Shown here piece after piece: positions 49,347 through 62,739 of a stretch of DNA of 64,000 nt. Positions within the stretch are counted from its first letter, which is position 1; each line of letters starts with the position of its first letter. The position numbers and the translations under genes were made by a program. The stretch is from NCBI GenBank assembly GCA_030390025.1, contig CM059432.1, positions 46,254,001 through 46,318,000 on the forward strand, written 5' to 3'. A model generated the notes under the pieces. It made no database searches, had not been told where the DNA came from, and saw only the letters and a list, made by a program, of their open reading frames with translations. The DNA is from Squalus acanthias (Eukaryota).

Positions 49347-52300
49347 GGGGGAGAAATTCGGTGTTGCCCATTTTGGGGCGCTAACATCGCCTGGGCGCAA
49401 TCTTTAGCGCCCGGCGAGAATTATCACTGGACCCCGCATTATTCGCCTCCAACGCCCCTGGAGGTGATTGCAGCGCTAAATCAAGTGCTACACACCCCTC
49501 TTAGGGCGCTAACGTCGGGGAGCGGGGTGTTACCTCAGAGTGCTACCCAAGGCCAGGCCATGTGAATCGCAACTAAACAGACATACTTCAGTTCTTAACT
49601 AATCAGCCTTCCAGTTGTTAAAGGGGAGGTTCAAGCATCCTGCACAGCCGCACTCTTCTCATTGCTGCTTGTGACCTGGTCTTGGAGGGACCCTCAAACC
49701 TTGCACTGAGACAGTGATGGCATTACAGAGGCCCAGGGAGAGAGCCCACAGCTTCAGTGACCAGGCATTGGAGGCTCTGGTCGTGGCAGTCAAACGGCAA
49801 CGGGCACTGCATTGAGTATTGTGTGCGGTTTTGGTCGCCTTATCTGAGGAAGGATGTTCTTGCCATTGAAAGAGTGCAGCGAAGATTCACCAGACTGATA
49901 CCTGGGATGGCAGCAATGACGTATGAAGAGAGATTGGGTCGATTGGGCTTGTATTCGCTAGAGTTTAGAAGAATGAGAGGGGATCTCATTGAAACTTATA
50001 AAATTCTAACAGGACTAGACAGACTAGATGCAGGAAGGATGTTCCCGATGGCGGGGGAGTCCAGAACCAGGGGTCACAGTCTAAGGATAAGGGGTAAGCC
50101 ATTTAGGACAGAGATGAGGAGGAATTTCTTCACCAGAGAGTGGTGAACCTGTGGAATTCTCTACCACACAAGGCAGTTGAGGCCAATTCATTAAATATAT
50201 TCAAGAAGGAGTTAGATATATTTCTTAAGGCTAAAGCGATCAAGGGATATGGGGTTAAGGCAGGGACAGGGTACTGAATTTGGATGATCAGCCATGATCT
50301 CATTAAATGGCGGAACAGGCTCGAGGGGCCGAATGGCCTACTCCTGCTCCTATCTTCTATGTTTCTATGTTCTCCCACACACTGGCAAGAGGCCATTGCC
50401 CTGGGAATTTTCAAGGCCGTGGAGGGAGGTGGCCCAGTATGTCTCCTCCAGAAGTGTGGTGGGAAGGACGCACACCCAGTGTCGGAAGAAGTTCAACGAC
50501 CTCACTTGGGTGGTCAGGGTGAGTACATGCTTCAAAAACCTCTTCATTCCACCATCCCACCATCCCAACCCCACTGTGTGCACAGACTGTATACGCTGCC
50601 ACATCCCCAAAGCACACCCACCAACTATGCCCACCTACTAAATGTCACATCCACATCCCACACCCCACAGACATTAACAGCTATTCAACTATGGTGGGCA
50701 CATGTAGCAAACACATGGTTTCAGAGTCACTCACACGCTGTCCTTTTCCTTACAGGCCAAGCTGGCCCACAACAAGAGGGAGCAGCAGTGCACGGGAGGC
50801 GGGCAGGCGGGCAGGCGGAGCTACGGCCGCTCACATAGCTCAAGGAGTGAGTGCGGAGTATCGTCGCGAGCCATGTCGTGGGTGCTGTGGTGATTGGAGA
50901 GGTCGACCCCCTTAGGACAGCAACAGTATGTTCATCACCTCTCCCTCTTCCCTCATACCATTTTCCCCTCACAACACAAGCCCTTCCCACTTTCCATCTA
51001 ATTATACTGTCTCCATTCCTCGCTCCCTCCCTGCACCCCAGCCCTCATGTTAAACCCACTCTTGTGCCTTGCTGCTTTCAGACAGTGAGCCAGCATCTGA
51101 CCAGCCTGTCCCTCAGCCTGCCAGTGTCAGCGAGGCCAGAGACAAGGGGGAAGATGAACCCAGAGCCTCAGCACCTGTAACTCCCGACACCGGGGCCACG
51201 CGGTCACTCGAGGGGAGCATGGGAATGGGCTCTGATGTGTTGGAAGCTCCGGGACCCAGTGGCCTGCAGCAACGCTTTGGGGAAAGGGAAGCTTGGGGGC
51301 CATCTTCCCAGAGGGTGAGTGCGTGCACGAGTTCTGCTGCACTGGACTCAGATGGGGACCCCGACATCGCGGCCATGGATATGCAGGCGATGAGCATACA
51401 CACTGAGCTCATGGGTGCAATGGCAAGGGTGCCCGAGAGTATGGATGCACTGACTAGGAGCGTGGAGGAGTCTGCCACCAGCACAGCTGTCATCTGTGCG
51501 CAAACCCTTGAGCCTATCCTTGCCTCGTTGCAGAGGATGGTTGAATTGCAGAGACCGTGGGGACCCAGACACCATGCAGCGTGCAATGGGTGAGGTGGCA
51601 GCATCTATTGCAGCACAGGCTGAGGCAACGCAACATCTTAACGCTGGAATAGAGACCTTGGTTGGTGCCATCCATTCTCAGATTGCTCTCATGCAGTCTC
51701 AGATTGATGCCACACAAGCGCTGACTGCTGCCATCGTCGCTGGGTCGCCCACTGTCCACCAGGGATTTCACGGTGCCGTAGCAGGCCAGCAATCTGTGCT
51801 CAAGCAGATTGCACCGGATGCTGAGGTACTGCCCCGGGGGAGTGGCAGCGTGTCGGTCAAGCAGGAAGGTGCTCCCACCACTGCCACTCCGCCATTGCAC
51901 TTGCCACAGCCAGTAACACAGCCAGCCCAGACTGCTGCCGCCCATGCAGAGTTGGTGCAGTCTGCAGCTGGGGCCTCCAGGCCCAGAGCTGGTCGAGGGC
52001 GTCCTGCAAGGCCATCCGCAATCTCTGTCTCGCAGAGTAAACAGCCTTTCACCAGCCTTGCTGCAGCCACTGGGGCCACATTACGGAGGAGCAGTAGGGT
52101 TGGTCGGGGTGAAGTACAGCAGGGATGGAGATCACCGAGAAAGGCTCAATAACTGAAATGTTTCCACTAAATGGGGGGAGTGTTTCTCGGACATTCGATT
52201 GTGTTTGTAAATATGTTGTTCAATCTGTTACGAAGTTCTCGCGTGTGCTCAGCACCAGTTCTGTTTGTTAATAAATTGTATTTTTGTCTGTTACCAGTTG

Positions 52301-52952
52301 TGGTTAATAAGATACAGTTGTTCACATTAATAAAAGTGTTTGTCTCCATGTTACAAATTCGATCATCTTTGTCATTGCAACCTTGGCTGCTCATGGGGTC
52401 TCAGGCATGGCTGCGATGATGTGACTGTGGAACTCCAGTGCCATGTGCTGCCTCACTATGAGAAGTGCTGTCTGATCAGGCGTTCATGGCCGGCCCTTGC
52501 AGAGGCAACATTGTGCAGCCCCCTCCCACGTTGTTGCGGCTCCCCCTCCTCTTCCTCCTACTCCACCTCCTCGTCCTCCTCCTCTCCCTCTTCCTCCTAC
52601 TGAGGAGGTCCAGCTATCCCTGGTGGCAATGGCTGGGTCCGGAGAATGGCGAGGTTGTGCAGCATGCCGCGGACAACTATGAACAGCGACACTCGATCAG
52701 GGAGTACTGCAGGGCTCCTCCAGAGTGGTCAAGACACCGGAACTGTTGCTTCAGCTAGCTGATGGCCTGCTCGATGAGGTTCCTGGTGGCGCTATGGCTT
52801 TCATTGTAGGCAAGCTCACCAGGTGTGTTGGGGTTACGGAGCGGTGTCATCAGCCAAGTGGAGAGTGGATATCCCTTGTCCCCGAGGAGCCAGCTTGATG
52901 CAGGGGTTCAAACAGTGCTGGGACACCTGTCTGGCGCAGGATGAAGGCATCA
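49347..52952. mobile_element. truncated Harbinger (family B relative) with Myb pseudogene (+, 49717-52152) and 3' part of transposase (-, ~52450-52952)
   Basis: TIR GGGGGAGAAATTCGG. Myb exons (WREVAQYVSSRSVVGRTHTQCRKKFNDL; AAAHAELVQSAAG) are similar to 28167-29956, and the transposase remnant reads HDAFILRQT. The second TIR is missing. Confidence 0.85.
49811..50372 (+). mobile_element. CR1 3' fragment inserted in Myb exon 1
   Basis: Closely similar to 16971-17522; ends in a TATGTTTC tail. Confidence 0.9.
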
Positions 52953-53288
52953 TGTTTCCCCTGGCTGGGGAATCTAGAACATGGGGTCACAGTCTCAGAA
53001 TAAGGGGTAGGCCATTTAGGACTGAGATGAGGAGAAATTTCTTCACTCAAAGGGTTGTGAATCTTTGGAATTCTCTACCCCAGAGAGCTGTGGATGTTCA
53101 GTCATTGAGTATATTCAAGACAGAGGTCGATAAATTTTTGGGAACTAAGGTAACTAAGGGATATGGGGTTAGTGCGGGAAGGTGCAGTTGAGGTAGAAGA
53201 TCAGCCATGATCTCATTGAATGGCGGAGCAGGCTTGAAGGGCCGAGTGGCCTACTCCAGCTCTTCTTTCTTATGTTCTTATGTTCTTA
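52952..53288 (+). mobile_element. CR1 3' fragment
   Basis: MFPLAGESRTWGHSLRIRGRPF...LWNSLP, then the 3' stem-loop and a (TTCTTATG)n tail. Confidence 0.85.
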
Positions 53289-54699
53289 TATAAGATAGTC
53301 ACCAAGAAATCCAATAGGGAATTCAGAAGGAAAATCTTTACCCAGGGAGTGGTGGGAATGTGGAACTCGCTACCACAGGGAGTGGTTGAAGCGAATAGTA
53401 TAGATTCATTTAAGGGGAGGCTAGATAAGCATATGAGGGAGAAGGGAATAGAGGGTTAAGCTGATAGAGTTAGATGGGGAAAGACGGGAGGAGGCTTGAT
53501 TGGAGCATAAACGCCGGCATGGACTGGTTGGGCCGAATGACCTGTTTCTGTGTCGTATATCCTATGTAATCTTATGTAAGCACACTCTAACAAAGTTGCC
53601 AAGATTAGACTGTGCAGAAGTTCCATTTACTAGGTACACAGCTTGCGCATTCATGCCACATTGTGTTGCCAGGTGATCTGTTACACATTTACTGCTGGTA
53701 AGTGTCTAGCCCTCACACAACCTTACAGATCTTTTATTGCCTTTCATTCATGCCCATAAGGCACACATTAAATATGTAACTTACAAGTGCAAACCTTGGC
53801 ACACTAACATTTTCAAAGGTCTTCACACACAAAAGCACTGCAACACAACCTGGCTGCATGATACATGGTCACTTAATGGCACCCAATAAGTGCTGTAACT
53901 TTGTCTATCACTGTACATACCTAAACACTTCAAGGCTCTTTATCTGCTTGCATGACTAGTTAATAAAAGGGAACAGACCCAAGTAGAGGAGGGTTCAGAA
54001 ATTAAAAGCCCTTGGTGGAGGCCACAATGAAAAACCTTGCTTATAAAAGCATCAAGGGAGTAAGAGAAGGTAATGCCCCAGGCATCCTCAAGCTATGTTG
54101 CAGTAGCATTCAGTTCTTATCTCTTGCTCACTCCCATAAGACATACAAGCAACTACAGAAACAACATACTCCGTCGGTATCTTGTAATGTGAGCTCTGTT
54201 AGATGGTATCACTTGGAACCGACACTGTAACATGAGTCACTTTCTTGTTATTGTAGGCATGGAACAATAGCCTGCCAGCGCTGCTGGTGGGCCAGAAAAA
54301 GACAGTAATTCACAGCACCAACATTTACCAGCATCATGAAAACCAACTAGGAGGTATCCTTCCACCAGAGTCGACAGAACACATTGCTCCCTCGAGAATG
54401 TATCAGAAGAGGTCTGCTTAAGAAGGCAACAGTTCAGTAAGGAGGCATATAAACTGACCCCCAAACATCTTCTCAAATACAGAAAGCAAAGGATAGATGT
54501 ACCTTGGAATACTGGATTTCATATCACAAAGTGGTTTTACTGTGCACATATATATTTACAGCAAATGCTTCTTTTTACCACTGTGCCTACCCCTGGTGCC
54601 TCTCTGCGCTAAAATATTATCTGAGGGCCAGGGGTGCCAGCAGTGCTTGGCCATGAACCTCTTGTGACTGTAGTGGCCCTTGTCTCTATGCACCTGAGT

Positions 54700-56661
54700 T
54701 CCAGAAGGACTCTTCAGCAAGTTGCATCTCCATTTCAGTTGCATAGGCAGGCTAGTCCTGTATCCTGACAGACATGAGCAGTCATCTGAAGGGGCTGGCT
54801 GGAAAGGTCACAAGAGTTAACATCATGAGAGAGGACAACATTAAGAAGGGGGAATCTAGCCATGCCACTTGTGCTGGTTCCTGAATCTGAGTGCCCACTG
54901 ATCAATGGGAGGACAGACCTTATGGTGTCAGTTAGATCCTGCAGACCGTGGGAGATGACATCCTGTACCAGTTGTCATTGTTCTTTCCAATGGTCCTCAA
55001 AGGCATGAATGCCAGTGGTCAATGTATCCTTGTTGGATGCATTGGATGGTCTGAAAGCTTCTGTCAGGAGGATGGATGCAGGTGTTCCTGGTGCCACCAC
55101 CCACTGCAGGTAGCGCTGCATTGTGTTGTACGCTTCCCAGATATGGGCACTGAGGATGGTATTGGATTCCGCTGTGACCTGTGCCATGTAAGTGTTATGC
55201 ATATCCAGCATCTTTCTTTTCAGAGCTGGACCCCAGAGAACTGAGTCCGAAGGGAAGTAGGTAGCTTACCTTGGCTGCTGTGGTGAGATCAAAGGTGTCC
55301 TGGGGTTTAGGAAGGTGGCACTCACTGCCACTGCAACCACCTTCCACAGAATGTGTACCACGTGATTGGCAGGTCCCCAGCTCCCAACCCCAGCCAGCCT
55401 GTTCCTCCTGCTCTGCATCTCCATTAGGAGGACATCTAGGTCAGAGTACCTGACCTTGGCTACTCTTCTTTTATCTCTTGCTGTCAGCCAGAATCCTCCA
55501 GTGTGGCCATAGCCATTATGGGGAGGGGTGTTCTTGGCCTCACACCTCATTTTGATTTTCCATTAACATTGGGCTCCCAGCAGAGAAGCACCTGAAGAAA
55601 GCTGTTGCAGAGTTCTGTCTAGGATCCTTGCAGACCAGAGGGTATCCAGGAGTCCCAGGGGCAGACAAAAACTGAAAGAGCTTTCTGGGAAATTGGCCTG
55701 TTACTTTCCTTTCACCATCCCCCCACCTCCCCCCCAACCCCAACCCCCACACAAAGGGTGATGTTCAGGCCTTATGATCTTCTGGCTCTAGGCTCTTATG
55801 CTGGCAGCCAGGAGTACAGCTATAGGTCTGAGAGGAACTGTGCTCCACTTTCCTCCATGATTTTCTGGCACAAGGGCATGAGCCTGTGCTGGGAGAGGAC
55901 CTGGGCCATGAAAATAGCTTGGATGAGGAAAATAGTGTGCTTCTTTCTGATGACAGGCCCTCAGAATCACAAAGGGCATTGGTGTAGATATTCGTCCATG
56001 CTGCTAGGCCAGCGTGAACTCCTTGCAGGGAATGAACCCTGCACCCAAACAGGTAGGCCTCAGGCCCAATCAGAATTGGGTCCCGGGCTCCATCCAAATA
56101 ATTGGGGCATGTTGCCAGTTCCTGTCATGCCTCCAGAGGCAGCTTGCCCATGCCGAAGGATCCAATTTGGGCCTCCAGCCTCGCTGGTACAGCCCTGAGA
56201 TAAGTCCTGGCTAGGGGGTGGGGGAAAGGAGAATGGGAAGTGGCAATCACAACCTGGCAGCAGCCCTCAGGAGTGCTGTGAAGCCGGCAGGAGCAGTCCA
56301 GCTACTACTAGCTCCACATGAAAGGTTTTTTTCTCACCCTCTGTTGGCGACCCCTTGTAAGGCCACATCAACAGCAGGAAAACCTGAGTGAAGCAGGCCT
56401 ACTGCCTGTTCTGCTCAGGGCAGCCCGATTTCATGAATGGGTCCTTAAACAGGCATTAGGCTCCTCATTAACATATGCAAGAACATAACACCTGTTTTAG
56501 GCGGCTGCCAGGGACACCTAAAAAAATCACCCTACCCAATATGGGGTCGGATGCATTTCAGATGTCTTTGGGACACAGGATATAGCCCTGCAAAACTGAC
56601 CTTTTTTTTGCTCCCGTTTTACACCCGGTAGACGGGTGAAACAAAGTCCAATTTCTGCCCC
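54700..56661 (-). mobile_element. ancient Harbinger remnant
   Basis: Myb-like exon in ORF 55266..55550 (YSDLDVLLMEMQSRRNRL...LWKVVAVAVSA...PRT) ending at a GTAAG donor, and a TIR-like CCAATTTCTGCCCC at ~56648-56661. The left boundary is uncertain. Confidence 0.45.
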
Positions 56662-56995
56662 ATTTTATTCTAAATTGACACTATTGCATCTATCCCTGGC
56701 CTGGATCCAAACTGAAAACAGCTTTTAAAGTTACAGAAGATAACCAGGTGCTACAGCTCACATAAACAGGCCAACAGTTCCCATCACATCTAATTCTCAA
56801 GATGAGAATCTCAATGCATTTTTTTTAAGTTAAGTAAAAAAAAGAGGCAGGCATCAATCTCACCCCACTCTTGTTTTATTTCCAAACCGTGGCAATTCCA
56901 CAGTAACAGGAATGCTCAAATTAAGCCAGTTTGTGACAGGAATGCTCAAATAAAGTCAGTTAATACATTTACACCAGAGAATATCCTTCTTCTGA

Positions 56996-57345
56996 GTGTC
57001 AGCTGTGACTCAGTGGTAGCACTCTTGACTCTGAGTCAAAGAAGGTTGTGAGTTCATGCTCTGCTACGGGATTTGAGCACGAATATTGGCTGACACTTCA
57101 ATGCAGTACTGAGGGAGTGCTGGAGGTTCCATCTCTTTCATTATTCAAAGAAGAGCAGGGACGTTTTTCCACTGTCCTGGCCAACATTTTATTCCTCAAC
57201 CAACACCACCAAAGCCGATTAATTAATCATTTGTTTCATTGCTGTTTGTGGGACCTTGTTGTGAGCAAATTGGCGGCTGTATTTGTCTACATAACAACAC
57301 TTCAAAAGTAACTCATTGGCTGTGAAATCCTTTAGGAAGTCCTGA
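56996..57345 (+). mobile_element. tRNA-derived Deu-domain SINE (older copy)
   Basis: Head TCAGCTGTGACTCAGTGGTAGCACTC and Deu-like TTGCTGTTTGTGGGACCTTG...CTTCAAAAGTAACTCATTGGCTGT. Confidence 0.75.
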
Positions 57346-58519
57346 GAGAGAGAAAGAGTTACAGAGTAGTAGTTGAGACAGGAGGAGAATGGTACAATTT
57401 TTGGCCATGGGAGATAATTTCATTAAAATTAAAATTATTTGGTACCATTGAAAATAATCAGAAAAATCTGGGAAAAAACATATAACTTAATGTCCCATAA
57501 ACATAGTTCTTGTACTTCATATGTTACAAGATCAGCTTAATACAAACAATTAATCTCCAATATTTAAACCATGAAAGCAATAGATGCTGCTGTATCATGC
57601 TATAATGTTAGCATTAGAAACTGATTAGGAGGTGCACAGATTACAAGTGGAGTCATTCCATTTAATAATCCTTTCAGATAGTTATTTTAAATTTAATTTT
57701 GAATCTAATTTGTGTGTTATCAAATCGTCAGACTGCATTTCATTATTCCTATTTGATTGGAGTGTTGTCTTATATTTAATCAATTAATGAAAGTCAGTTG
57801 GGTTTCTATTTCATTTGTGCTTTGTGCCTGAAGGTTAGGTTTTTGTTAAAGGAAAATTTGTCTGAAATTGAAGGAATTTTGGAACATTAACCTTATCATT
57901 CGCATTTTTTAAAGAGGGAATTGCAGGAAAGGAAAGAAAACTTTGAAGCTTCCTTTCACCGATTAATTTTCTTTGATTTTTGAACTACTAAAGTTATGTC
58001 GTCTGTTTTTGAAGGCTTTTAGTTTTTATGAAAATTAATAGTTGCTTTAGCTACTTGACTGTGCCTGGTTGCTCATTTTTCCAAGAAGGATAATTCTGAT
58101 CAAAAAAGGGAATAAAATAAAGATGTTAACAAATGTGCTAGAAAAAATGAAAGACAGTTTGGTTTAAAAAAAATCCACCATTTATTTCACTAAGAAACGC
58201 TAATGCATCCCATGATATTTTACACATAGGCCAAGAGTTTCCGCTTTGGACACAATCGGCAATCCGGGCGCAAATTGCTCTCAAAATTGTGCGAGTTTTA
58301 AGAAGTGTTTTTATGCTCAAGTTTGCACTCAAACTCATTTGCATATCAGCGAATGTAAAATCTTCCATGAACCAGCGCAATTCGACAGTGTTTTAGCGTT
58401 TTTTTTAAATTTTGCATTAAAAAATATTCCTTAATACATTTAAGAGTGGTAACCTGGTGCAGTTTTATTAATACAGCTGAAAATGGGTTTATCGCAAAAA
58501 ATAAGCATTTTTAATCAGA

Positions 58520-60870
58520 GGGCTTGATTTTAATGAAGGAGGCGGGTAGATGGCGGGCCCGCTGCTCGGCATCTTCCAGACCTGCTCCCGGCTGCCGCCG
58601 CCCTGCAGATGAGATTTTAGGTTGATTGGCCTGGTTACGGCCGACGTGCGGGTCCCTCCAGGCAACTGCTTGCAGAGTGTCAGATTCTCGCCTCTGATGA
58701 CGCGTTGTTTTAGTAAAGATTTAAAGGGGCCATGTCCCCTTTGCAGAAGCATTAGCTTTTTTCTGCTAAAAGTGCCGGCTGCTGCAGGAATGACAGCGCC
58801 AAAATCTAAGGCTGCACCCAGGTTCAATGAGGGCTCTCTCCATGCTCTGGTGGAGGGAGTTAGAGGACGTCAGGAGGTCCTCTTCCCTGGAAATGGAAGG
58901 AAGAGGCCTCCTCAGCAAAGCAAGGCAGCTTGGCTGCAAATTGCTGAGGAGGTGAGTTCGAGGTCTGTGTGCAGGCGCACATGGGTTTAGTGTCGAAAAA
59001 GGTTCAATGATCTGCTGAGATCGTCTAAAGTGTGGCCTCTGTGTTCTGGGATATGGAAGTTCAAGAGTGAGTGCTCAGGGAGAATTCCATTTAGAATGTT
59101 GGTGATGACACTGAGCGCAAACCACCTGTTTATTGGACAGATGATACCTGGGGTTTTGAGAATGTCAGACTTATATTCATCTCCATGTGCCAGCCACCTG
59201 TGGCTGAAGCGTAAGCCTACGCGAACCTGGCATGGATGAGTGCATCCCTTGTCTGACGGCCAGTAATGTGGTTGCGTGCTGCTGGATTGGCCACATCCGG
59301 CCCCGCAAGGCGTCGCTCCCCGTCCTCCTCCTCATCCTCCTCCTCATCCTCCTCCTCATCCTCATCCTCATCCTCTTCCTCGTCCTCTTCCTCTTCTTCC
59401 GAGGAGGCTGTGTGCTGAGCCACTTGTTCGTCGGGCAGCACTAAGCCACGCTGCTGTGCAATGTTATGTAGGGCACAGCAGACCACAATGATTCTGACAC
59501 GCTGACTGGTGCATACTGCAATACTCCACCAGATCTGTCCAGGTATCGGAAGTACATTTTGAGCAAGCCGATGGTTTGCTCGATGATACTTCTGGTGGAA
59601 ATGTGACTCACATTGTAGCGCTCCTCAGCTTCGTTTGATGGCCTCCTCATCAGTGTCATAAGCCACTTTTTCAGGGGATAGCCCTTGTCGCCAAGAAGCC
59701 ATCCTGAAAGTTGGGCTGGCGGATGGAAGAGCTGAGGCACAGTAGACTGCCGCAGGATGAACGAGTCATGGTAACTGCCAGGGTACTTTGCGTAAACATG
59801 CATGATGATCTTCCTGTGGTTACACACCAGCTGGACGTTCAGGGAGTGGAATCCTTTTGCGGTTGACAAATACAGGTGGGTTGTGATAGGGGGCCTTAAT
59901 GGCTACATCTGTGCAGTCAATGACACCCTGTACCATTGGCAAGCCTGCCATATTGGTAAAGCCAACTGCACGCAACGTCACACTCGGGCCATCCGTGGAG
60001 AAGTGAATATAATTGTGGGCCTTTGCAAAGAGGGCATCAGTGACCTGCGTGATGCAGGTGTGTGCAGCCGACTGGGAGATGTCGCTGATGTCTGCAGCTG
60101 ATCCCTGGAAGGAGCCCGAAGCAAAGAGGTTGAGTGCGGTGGTGACTTTGACAGCCACTGGTAAGGAGTGTCCACACGCTCCTCAAGGCTCCAAGTGTTG
60201 GTGCAGCATTGCGCAGATGTCAGCGACTACGTCTCTCGAAAGTCTCAGCCTCATTTGGCACTGCTGCTCAGTCATGCTGAGGAAGCTGGTCCTCTGCCTA
60301 TAAACCCTGTGTTGGGGGTATCTCCTGCAGCGAGGTGCAGCCCTGTGCTGACGCCCTCCGCCCTGTGCAGCATCAGGTGGGTGAGGAGGAGGTTGGCGCT
60401 CCTGGTGCTGGTGCTGCTGTTGTGGCTGGTTGTGGAGCTGCCGCGGCTGCTCTTCCTCCGAATCTGATGACCAGGATAAGAGGATGTAAATGGTTCTTAT
60501 CCCATTGCTATAGATTTCAGTTGAGGCAAGAAGCTTGCAAGTGCACACTCAAAGTGGCCTGAGATTATGTCAGCCATGTTACAGGAGCGCTTTTAAAGTG
60601 CTGCACCAATGACTACAAATCATGTCCTCGAGAAACCCCGTCTCCTTGCAGCTGCCGTGTTTCTGACAAGACGGGAAACAGGAGCCAGAAGCATGAAAAG
60701 CAGAAACGACTATAAAAATAGGATTAGCAAGGCAGTTAACAGGTTGTTTGGGAGCGGAAATCGCGTGGGGGCGGGATGGAGGCGGGTTCGCAGCCCAACA
60801 CCATTTTTTCCGATTTTCGCTGCCGACCCACCTCCAAACCTGCCTCCTCAGGGCTATTAAAATCGAGCCC
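58520..60870. mobile_element. internally deleted Harbinger (family A)
   Basis: TIRs GGGCTTGATTTTAAT / GGGCTCGATTTTAAT, AGA TSD (58517-58519 and 60871-60873), Myb exon 1 only (58790-59029), and a transposase on (-). Confidence 0.9.
59217..60505 (-). pseudogene. Harbinger DDE transposase with stop and frameshifts
   Basis: ORFs 60183..60548, 59820..60158, 59441..59869 and 59217..59486 carry GVIDCT, LLGDKGY, IIEQTIG and a poly-E/D tail. Confidence 0.88.
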
Positions 60871-61003
60871 AGAGTGTTTAGTCCACCATCTGTGAGTAAC
60901 CCAATTTAAATAACTGAAAATGACTTTAAAAAACTAAACAGAACCATTTACTACTTATATTGGTGTACACTAGGCAGTTCCTTAGTAAATTAAAAAAAAA
61001 CTA

Positions 61004-61180
61004 GGGGCTAGAAATTAGTCTTGGGCGAAGGCACAAAATGGGTGGTATTGAATCGGTCCTCCATTATACACAGCGCCTGATATTGACTGCAATGGAACTG
61101 AGTATCAGGTGCTGCGTATAGCGGGCGGCCGATCTGATACCGCCCGTTTTGCCCACCGCCCGAGACTAATTTCTATGCCC
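61004..61180. mobile_element. 177-bp palindromic MITE
   Basis: GGGGCTAGAAATTAGTCTTGGGCG... versus the reverse complement of the right end GGGCATAGAAATTAGTCTCGGGCG...; pairing extends almost to the centre. Confidence 0.8.
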
Positions 61181-61553
61181 TAATATTTAAAAGCTTTTAA
61201 AACATGCCTATTAGTGACCTTCCGCCGGAAAAAAAAGGTTAATCTTAAGAGCCTCTTTGAAGGCCTGCAAACGGGCGTAATTAGCAGAAACTCACAATGG
61301 TGATTACTTCGATCTGCAGGTCTGGCCAGTTTTGTGGGCGGGGCCGGCTTCTAGCGCGATGTTTTTAAAACTACCACAAAAGATCGCGGAAACTTGATTT
61401 GCGCTGGACGTAACTTGCGCCTGAAAATCCTCGCTCTTTTTCTCTGGTTTGGCCGATTTTGGGCAGACCTAGCGGAAACTCCAGGCCGAAGTGCACAGAT
61501 TTGTCATCCGTTACATTGGTCCCTATGTGGTCATCAGGCCCTGTGTATTTTGA

Positions 61554-61566
61554 TGCCCTCTAGTGG
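61554..61566 (-). promoter_or_regulatory. candidate CTCF binding motif
   Basis: CCACTAGAGGGCA matches the CCASYAGRKGGCR core, in apparently unique sequence. Confidence 0.45.
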
Positions 61567-62220
61567 ATGATATTAAATGGTTCCTTTGGTCTGTATTCAC
61601 TGAATGGCTGAATCTCAGTACAGTCCTGTACATGCATTGCTGTTTCCAACAGGCTAAGTGCTGTTTGTTCTAAGTCTTTTCTTCTGTGCCTTGAATAACA
61701 CAGACATTCCCATTCCCAATTTTGCTTGCAATTTATTCAATTTACCGAATACCTGAATCAATTCAGATTGCTGTCTTTACACAAAGCGTCTAGTTTTAAA
61801 ATGAACTGTTTAAACTCTTCACAAATAACCTGACTGAAAGGAATATGGCAGGCTCACAGACTACTATCTTTATGGATACTTATGAATTCACATGTTGTGA
61901 CTGGCAACAGTCAATTGGTGGATTGTTCTATGCTGTTACTACAATTGCTCAATGCAATACTCTTCCATACAAGTGAATACAGGCCTATTACATTTAAAAT
62001 CTCATATTTACATAGCATATTTACAATATAAAGTTATTTAATTTCTGTCACAAGTACACTAATGGTGAGTATTGCTGCTTCATATATTTTCCTGTGGCCT
62101 GCAAAATTGGGTATGTCACATGCACATTGCATTAGGTAAGACTTTAGGATGAAAATGTCACCCCAGAAATCAGGAAGAAATGATGGACATTTTCAGTGTT
62201 CAGGTAAGAAATATTTCTCT

Positions 62221-62560
62221 TTTTTTTTATTCGTTTATGGGATGTGGGCGTCGCTGGCAAGGCCAGCATTTATTGCCCATCCCTAATTGCCCTCGAGAAG
62301 GTGGTGGTGAGCCACCTTCTTGAACCGCTGCAGTCCGTGTGATGAAGGTACTCCCACAATGCTGTTAGGTAGGGAGTTCCAGGATTTTGACCCAGCGATG
62401 ATGAAGGATCGGTGAGATATTTCCAAGTCAGGATGGTGTGTGACTTGGAGGGGAATTTGGAGGTGATGGTGTTCCCATGCGCCTGCTGCCCTTGGCCTTC
62501 TAGGTGGAAGAAGTCGCAGGTTTTGGAGGTGCTGCTGAAGAAGCCTTGGCGAGCTGCTGC
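62221..62560 (-). mobile_element. 3' end of L2/CR1-group LINE (same family as 12057-12850)
   Basis: Reverse complement of 12520-12840, with a poly(A) tail seen as a T-run at ~62220-62228. Confidence 0.85.
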
Positions 62561-62723
62561 ATTTAGATCAACTTGAATATGGGTTTTCAATATGATTTCA
62601 GCCATAAACCATTGTCAGCCCATTCAGTAATCCAACTGAGGACCATTTGCAGAAGTATGAACCCCCTCTGTGTCTTCATATTCATGCTGCGGTATTCTGC
62701 ACAGAATGAAATGGTGCACTTAC

Positions 62724-62739
62724 CACTGGTTTTCTAAAT
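62724..62739 (-). other. candidate 16-nt microexon of an unidentified host gene
   Basis: TTTTGCTTTTTCAG | ATTTAGAAAACCAGTG | GTAAGTG: strong acceptor and consensus donor. Confidence 0.35.

Larger units (their letters stand above)
58229..61487. mobile_element. non-autonomous Harbinger-like element hosting two later insertions
   Basis: TIRs GGCCAAGAGTTTCCGCT / GGCCTGGAGTTTCCGCT (15/17 match). About 730 bp remain after removing the nested elements. The flanking triplets do not match. Confidence 0.6.
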
